Shown piece by piece: positions 1 through 3,349 of a DNA stretch of 5,926 nucleotides (the first letter of the stretch is position 1; every line of letters begins with the position of its first letter). The position numbers and the translations under genes are program-made. The stretch covers positions 1 through 5,926 of the IMG/VR virus record IMGVR_UViG_3300020041_000072; one strand, given 5' to 3'. The stretch comes from a virus. A model generated the notes under the pieces. That model worked only from the letters and a program-made list of their open reading frames with translations, did no database searches and had not been told where the DNA came from.

Positions 1-121
1 AAATGGAGTCGAGGTTCGGTACCGGTCTGAGCATGGGTACCGAATTCTTGAAAGAAGGCATGCTTGATGGATCGGCCGGTGACGTGACGGACTCGCTCGA
101 ACCACATACGCATGAACCATG
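1..121. repeat. Terminal direct repeat, copy 1 (identical to 5806..5926)
   Basis: Base-by-base comparison of 1..121 (aaatggagtcgaggttcgg...catgaaccatg) with 5806..5926 shows no mismatch. The repeat ends exactly at the window end. Confidence 0.97.
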
Positions 122-335
122 TCGGATCATTGAGCGCCCGATCATAGTAGCGAGGATGAATCGTGATCGTGACGAACCACGCCTCGGCATGCTGCTGGCG
201 ACAACGCGCCAGTTCTTGACGGAGCCGAACGTACCAGTCATTGCGGAGCGCCTTGAGGCATTCCTCACATTGACCGCACGGAACGAGCAAGCGGAATCGA
301 GCGACATCCCACGGATTTTGAGCCAAGTTACTCAT
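1..335 (-). CDS. VP4: Replication initiation protein (rolling-circle HUH endonuclease, VP4/gpA-like), N-terminal part; continues across the circular junction into 5805..5151
   Basis: This ORF is absent from the supplied track because it runs off the window edge. My hand translation of the reverse complement from ATG 335..333 gives MSNLAQNPWDVARFRLLVPCGQCEECLKALRNDWYVRLRQELARCRQQHAEAWFVTITIHPRYYDRALNDPTWF, then MRMWFERV..., which is the start of the 5151..5918 track ORF. It carries the CGxCxxC cluster and the FVTITI motif (RCR motif 1), both typical of microvirus Rep. The joined protein is 329 aa. Confidence 0.88.
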   Translation of the reverse strand, partial: MSNLAQNPWDVARFRLLVPCGQCEECLKALRNDWYVRLRQELARCRQQHAEAWFVTITIHPRYYDRALNDPTWFMRMWFERVRHVTGRSIKHAFFQEFGTHAQTGTEPRLH

Positions 336-403
336 CGGCAGTGAGATATCGTGATCCTTCCTAGTATATCGACGGTTGGCAATCCAAATGGGAGACGTGC
401 ACA

Positions 404-625
404 TCAGAAGAGGGATTTCGATATGAAAAATTTCACATGTTTGTAGTAATGTGCGTATCTCGCACAATAGTCCCGCGCGTGATCAAGACGTTCGAAACGT
501 CCAAAACGAACAGCCTTATTCTTGCCGAGAAGGGCCATTACGTCGAAGGAGAGACCTTCGTGTCCGTCATCGTGAATGATGAGCTGAACTGGCTTACCAT
601 TGATTATCAAGTTAATGCAATTCAT
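404..625 (-). CDS. Hypothetical protein (73 aa), no family recognised
   Basis: Strand consistency supports it, and it fills the gap between the 112-aa ORF and Rep (68 nt upstream of the Rep ATG). A 76-aa antisense ORF (437..667 +) looks about as protein-like, so the strand choice rests mainly on genome organisation. Confidence 0.45.
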   Translation of the reverse strand: MNCINLIINGKPVQLIIHDDGHEGLSFDVMALLGKNKAVRFGRFERLDHARDYCARYAHYYKHVKFFISKSLF

Positions 626-747
626 GAGGTTTCATTTAAAAAAAGGAGGAAAGGTCTGGCAATTTAGCGATGCCTCTCTCTCCTCCCAGTCGTCAACCAT
701 TTTAAAGAACCTTGCCCAAAAGGGGCCGAACAACGCGACGACTTCCG

Positions 748-1086
748 TTATTCTTCGTCTTTTTTCTGCGCTGCTTCATAAGTTACCGGATAATCTTTTG
801 TGGTGAAAACTAGCATGTTGGGATAAAAAACGACATTATCGAAATGCGCCATGATATCGAAGAGAAGCGTGTAAAGATCGGCGGCAGCTACATAGCGTTG
901 ACCGGGAGCGAGCGGATTTTCTTTGACCTCTTCCCAATCACAAGAGCAGGACTCCGGACGACGATCGGTCGGTACAAACTGACCATCCTGTATCTCGCCT
1001 AAAGTAACCGAATAAGCAGCCGTCTCTGGAATAATTCTCAAGACAATCTGAAAGTCCACGAAAGGATCAACTTTTGAAGTTTTCAT
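748..1086 (-). CDS. Hypothetical acidic protein (112 aa), no family recognised; sits where VP3 follows VP2 in gokushoviruses
   Basis: It is on the same strand as all core genes and starts 92 nt downstream of VP2. Net charge is acidic (about 19 D/E versus 10 K/R) and the C-terminus is KKDEE. The stop is TAA at 750..748. I could not recognise any motif. Confidence 0.6.
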   Translation of the reverse strand: MKTSKVDPFVDFQIVLRIIPETAAYSVTLGEIQDGQFVPTDRRPESCSCDWEEVKENPLAPGQRYVAAADLYTLLFDIMAHFDNVVFYPNMLVFTTKDYPVTYEAAQKKDEE

Positions 1087-1106
1087 AATAAATGGTTTTT
1101 ACGTTG

Positions 1107-1156
1107 AACATTTGGTATAACGAAGGTGGAAAAAGATTTCGAATATTCCAAATGTT
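1107..1156. repeat. Perfect 9-bp inverted repeat (hairpin) in the VP2 / 112-aa ORF intergenic region
   Basis: AACATTTGG (1107-1115) is the reverse complement of CCAAATGTT (1148-1156). The stem can extend inward by ATA/TAT (1117-1119 with 1144-1146) after one mismatch. A T9 run lies at 1164-1172 (A9 on the coding strand, just after the VP2 stop). Confidence 0.55.
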
Positions 1157-1178
1157 TTACAACTTTTTTTTTGAAAAA

Positions 1179-2438
1179 TCATCTACGGGGGATGTAACTT
1201 CTTCTAACAGAGGTACCTCCGATAAATTCTCCGTATCTGTCCGAATGAGAGGTCGTCTGAACGAAATCGGAAGGCGCGGCAGAGCCACGCCCGCGGGATA
1301 CAACAGCGGCTGCGGCCGCTGCAATCACAGTCTTCGCCATCGAATAACCGAATTGATTTTTTTGCGACCTGATATTGAACCAGTTAGCAGGGAGTTCCTG
1401 ACCGGCCGACGCGGCACCGAGACCGAGAAGGTACTCTTGGATGGCCTTACCGGTCATCTTCCGAGTCTTTCCAGTAGGGCGACCTTTTTCATCCACCTCG
1501 GGGACATCTACGGGAGTCGTCCAATTTACCGAGAACCAATTCTCGAGGTCCGCAAGATTGATCTTCGCCTGCTCACCGAGCACCTGATCAAGCGAACCGC
1601 GGGAATTAGCGGCGTAAGCTTGCGCAAGCGTCAGAGCGAGGTTGGCGGCTGCCATTTGCTCCATAACGGGAATTTCAGCGTCGTTAAGAGCTTTAAGACG
1701 CCGATACTGCTCAACAGACCGAGCGTAGTCAGAAATAACCTGTTGGAACTGATAAGTGGCGGTCAAATCAGCATACTGGGCCGAAGCCTGCTCGATTCTT
1801 GCCAACGCATCATGGTAAGCAGCCATCGACTTGGCATCGTTCACATTGTGAGCGAGAAGCTGCTGATTAAGGTCAGCAATGGCTTTGTAATACGAGGAAC
1901 CCTGTGTCTCACGCTCAATCCTCGTGGCTTCCGCAGCGGAAAGACGAGCATCTTGCTGCGCCTTTTGTTTTGTGGCGTCCATAAGGGCGTTCTGAGCAAT
2001 AGCCGTAGGATCACCGGAAAAAGCGGGAGCCGAGCCGATGGAACCACTGGCCGAAGGTCCACCAGCAGAAAGTGCCGAACCGGAACCCGTACCGATCGTA
2101 GCACCAACAGATGCTCCGGATTGACCGAGAACCGCAGCGGGACTGATACCAGCCTTGGCAAAACGTTCGAACACTTTAGACGGGTCATTGTAAGCATTCT
2201 CATAATCAAACATCGATTTATCGTGTTTCAGCTGATACTCAGCGCTTTTGGCCATCTGTTCAAGGGCATACTGCTGTTGCAAAGCCATCTGTTTTTGGGC
2301 GTACTTCCACTGCCGTTTAGCTGAAATTCCACCAAACAATGCATTACCGATACCTGAACCGCCGGAACTACCGAAAGAAGAAGCAGCTCCAGAGGCGGCC
2401 GAAATGCCTAATCGTGCGATAAGTGAAGGATCAGCCAT
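1179..2438 (-). CDS. VP2: DNA pilot / minor capsid protein (VP2, functional analogue of phiX174 H)
   Basis: The 419-aa product has a Gly/Ser/Ala-rich N-terminus (GISAASGAASSFGSSGGSGIGNALFGG). The motif YENAYNDPSKVFERFAKAGISPAAVLG resembles the conserved gokushovirus VP2 Y-N-S-P....R...AG-L/I-N/S-P segment. The centre is long, Ala/Gln-rich and coiled-coil-like. The stop is TGA at 1181..1179. Confidence 0.85.
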   Translation of the reverse strand: MADPSLIARLGISAASGAASSFGSSGGSGIGNALFGGISAKRQWKYAQKQMALQQQYALEQMAKSAEYQLKHDKSMFDYENAYNDPSKVFERFAKAGISPAAVLGQSGASVGATIGTGSGSALSAGGPSASGSIGSAPAFSGDPTAIAQNALMDATKQKAQQDARLSAAEATRIERETQGSSYYKAIADLNQQLLAHNVNDAKSMAAYHDALARIEQASAQYADLTATYQFQQVISDYARSVEQYRRLKALNDAEIPVMEQMAAANLALTLAQAYAANSRGSLDQVLGEQAKINLADLENWFSVNWTTPVDVPEVDEKGRPTGKTRKMTGKAIQEYLLGLGAASAGQELPANWFNIRSQKNQFGYSMAKTVIAAAAAAVVSRGRGSAAPSDFVQTTSHSDRYGEFIGGTSVRRSYIPRR

Positions 2439-2440
2439 GA

Positions 2441-2692
2441 CTATCTTTTTTTAAAGCTTCCGGTTTGCTGATAAATGATGGTGGTAGTAAGCGTATCGCC
2501 TGACTTAAAGGTCGAAGCGGACTGGGAGACTCGATGAGATGTAGAACAACTAGCAAATATGGTAACGACCGCAATTGCGACGATCAAGACGATCCATACA
2601 ACTGCTCTGCCTTTATTCATCTTCTGGTCTGCGCCAATTTGATCAGTGACCTTGTCGAAAGAATTTTTAGTCGATTTTTCCTGTGTTGTCAT
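2441..2692 (-). CDS. Small single-pass membrane protein / putative lipoprotein (83 aa from ATG 2692; 59 aa from internal ATG 2620)
   Basis: From Met25 (ATG 2620..2618) the sequence MNKGR-AVVWIVLIVAIAVVTIF-ASC has a basic n-region, an 18-residue hydrophobic core and a lipobox-like F-A-S-C with Cys at position 25. The mature part would be 35 aa (CSTSHRVSQSASTFKSGDTLTTTIIYQQTGSFKKR). The gene sits flush against VP2 (TAGTCATG). Confidence 0.65.
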   Translation of the reverse strand: MTTQEKSTKNSFDKVTDQIGADQKMNKGRAVVWIVLIVAIAVVTIFASCSTSHRVSQSASTFKSGDTLTTTIIYQQTGSFKKR

Positions 2693-2927
2693 GACTTTAG
2701 TTTTTTGTGGTGAAAGAACGATAGAAAGATTGCGCGCCGTTCAAGCATTCTCTGCCTTTTTCCTCATCCGATTCACGAACTCTCAGAAGAGGGGCCGCGC
2801 ACATATCATAGAATGTCAAGTAAAGGCCCTTCGGGCTCTTTCTTCAGAAAATGTCGTCGCTATTCAAAACGCTGAATATCAACAAGAAACGGATCAATCT
2901 CCTCATAGCTGTTTTTTAGGATTATAG
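2691..2927 (+). CDS. Speculative opposite-strand ORF (78 aa from ATG 2691; 93 aa from ATG 2646) filling most of the gap
   Basis: It is the only long ORF in the 330-nt gap. Its TAG stop (2925-2927) lies 3 nt before the plus-oriented terminator-like hairpin. ATG 2691-2693 shares the palindrome TCATGA with the minus-strand ATG of the 83-aa gene. Against it: it has no SD and no recognisable motif, and antisense genes are not expected in Microviridae. Confidence 0.2.
   Translation: MTLVFCGERTIERLRAVQAFSAFFLIRFTNSQKRGRAHIIECQVKALRALSSENVVAIQNAEYQQETDQSPHSCFLGL
2697..2804 (-). CDS. Speculative 35-aa micro-ORF immediately upstream of the 83-aa gene
   Basis: ATG 2804..2802 translates to MCAAPLLRVRESDEEKGRECLNGAQSFYRSFTTKN, ending at TAA 2699..2697, 4 nt before ATG 2692. 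The only support is the compact junction. Confidence 0.1.
   Translation of the reverse strand: MCAAPLLRVRESDEEKGRECLNGAQSFYRSFTTKN
2822..2841. other. Short GC-cored hairpin in the large intergenic gap
   Basis: AAAGGCCC (2822-2829) pairs with GGGC-T-CTTT (2833-2841): 8 bp with one bulged T and a 3-nt TTC loop. Confidence 0.4.
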
Positions 2928-2995
2928 GGGAAGGAAAGGGGACAAGCCCCAATCCTTCTTTTTATAGAGGTTTTTGTACGGCCTATCAGCCTCAC
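2903..2995 (-). CDS. Speculative very basic micro-ORF (30 aa from GTG 2995), in frame behind the TAG stop of the 107-aa gene; J/VP8-like candidate
   Basis: My hand translation is V/M-RLIGRTKTSIKRRIGACPLSFPYNPKKQL-stop, with 8 K/R and no D/E. Its TGA (2905-2903) overlaps an ATG (2906-2904) in an ATGA junction. There is no ATG start. Confidence 0.12.
   Translation of the reverse strand: MRLIGRTKTSIKRRIGACPLSFPYNPKKQL
2930..2965 (+). terminator. Terminator-like stem-loop plus T-tract, oriented for the plus strand (antisense to the phage genes)
   Basis: GAAGGA(2930-2935) pairs with TCCTTC(2953-2958) and GGGG(2938-2941) pairs with CCCC(2947-2950). There is an AA/AA internal loop and a 5-nt ACAAG loop, followed by TTTTT (2959-2963). 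On the minus strand the same hairpin has U:U mismatches and no U-tract. Confidence 0.35.
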
Positions 2996-3018
2996 GGCCG
3001 GCCTATACCAGCCTTCAC
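2980..3018. repeat. Imperfect tandem direct repeat (iteron-like) just downstream of the 107-aa ORF stop
   Basis: Unit 1 is GGCCTAT--CAGCC-TCAC (2980-2995), followed by a GGCC spacer (2996-2999). Unit 2 is GGCCTATACCAGCCTTCAC (3000-3018). The GGCC/CGGCCG palindromes also allow a 5-bp stem, CGGCC(2979-2983) with GGCCG(2996-3000). Confidence 0.5.
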
Positions 3019-3022
3019 TGTG

Positions 3023-3346
3023 CTACGGCTGGTCGATGGAGCCTTCGGCAGAGGTGCCAGTCTTCTGCGAAGACGGCTTTTCGGAAGGCCGGGAATCGAG
3101 GGCCGAATCCACCAGTTCCTGTCCGACTTCGAGTCCGTCGAACTTGTCCATACGCGAATAGGCGTTTGGGTCAAAATCGATTTCGGGATCGAAACGATCG
3201 AGAGCCGACTGTGATCCGCCTTCGAATTTGGCATCCGGAGCACCGGGAACGAGATCGACGATCCCTTCACCCGAAAGGACCGACATAACACGCTGACCGC
3301 GAGACATATAAGTCTGGAGCGGTTCGTAAAAATTACTGTGTAACAT
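3023..3346 (-). CDS. Small acidic protein, possible internal scaffolding (VP3-like) protein; function uncertain
   Basis: The ATG lies 3 nt after the VP1 stop (TAAGTTATG). The 107-aa product has about 19 D/E versus 9 K/R by my count, with a sensible G/S/P/D/E-rich composition. The competing overlapping 156-aa ORF (2992..3462) has off-frame-like R/S/I/L composition. The ORF ends in TAG. Confidence 0.6.
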   Translation of the reverse strand: MLHSNFYEPLQTYMSRGQRVMSVLSGEGIVDLVPGAPDAKFEGGSQSALDRFDPEIDFDPNAYSRMDKFDGLEVGQELVDSALDSRPSEKPSSQKTGTSAEGSIDQP

Positions 3347-3349
3347 AAC

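Noticed and set aside
1-121. Terminal repeat as a biological LTR/ITR or as evidence of tandem prophage copies
   Set aside because: The repeats are direct rather than inverted, exact, and end precisely at the window boundary. They lie within a coding sequence whose frame they restore on circularisation. That is the signature of a circular contig overlap rather than of a terminal structure.
3-344. 113-aa plus-strand ORF at the window start
   Set aside because: It is the antisense shadow of the Rep N-terminus. The minus strand here encodes the conserved CGQCEEC and FVTITI Rep motifs and joins in frame to the rest of rep across the circular junction.
437-806. Plus-strand ORFs 437..667 (76 aa) and 600..806 (68 aa), and an AGGAGG at 644-649
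   Set aside because: Both are antisense to, or overlap, the minus-strand small genes and spacer. The AGGAGG is 20 nt from the next ATG (670), which opens only an 11-codon ORF. There is no support beyond ORF length, though the 76-aa ORF is the reason my confidence in the 73-aa minus gene is only moderate.
1092-2324. 410-aa plus-strand ORF, the second longest in the window
   Set aside because: It lies exactly antisense to VP2. Its composition is R/S/G/L-rich, low-complexity junk typical of the shadow frame of an Ala/Gly/Ser-rich gene. It shows no motifs and is on the wrong strand for this genome.
2802-2819. Perfect TTGACA (minus strand, 2819..2814) followed by TATGAT (2810..2805)
   Set aside because: The two hexamers are only 3 nt apart, which is incompatible with a -35/-10 pair. 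No properly spaced partner exists for either.
2921-2926. Perfect TATAAT on the coding (minus) strand in the gap
   Set aside because: At 17-nt spacing there is no acceptable -35 (the hexamer is AGAAGG) and no extended -10 TG. The hexamer also lies immediately downstream of the hairpin on the coding strand. The host may not use sigma-70-type consensus at all.
2927-2941. G-rich run GGGGAAGGAAAGGGG as a possible G-quadruplex
   Set aside because: It has only two G4 tracts plus a GG, not four tracts. The G runs are better explained as the 5' arm of the 2930-2958 hairpin.
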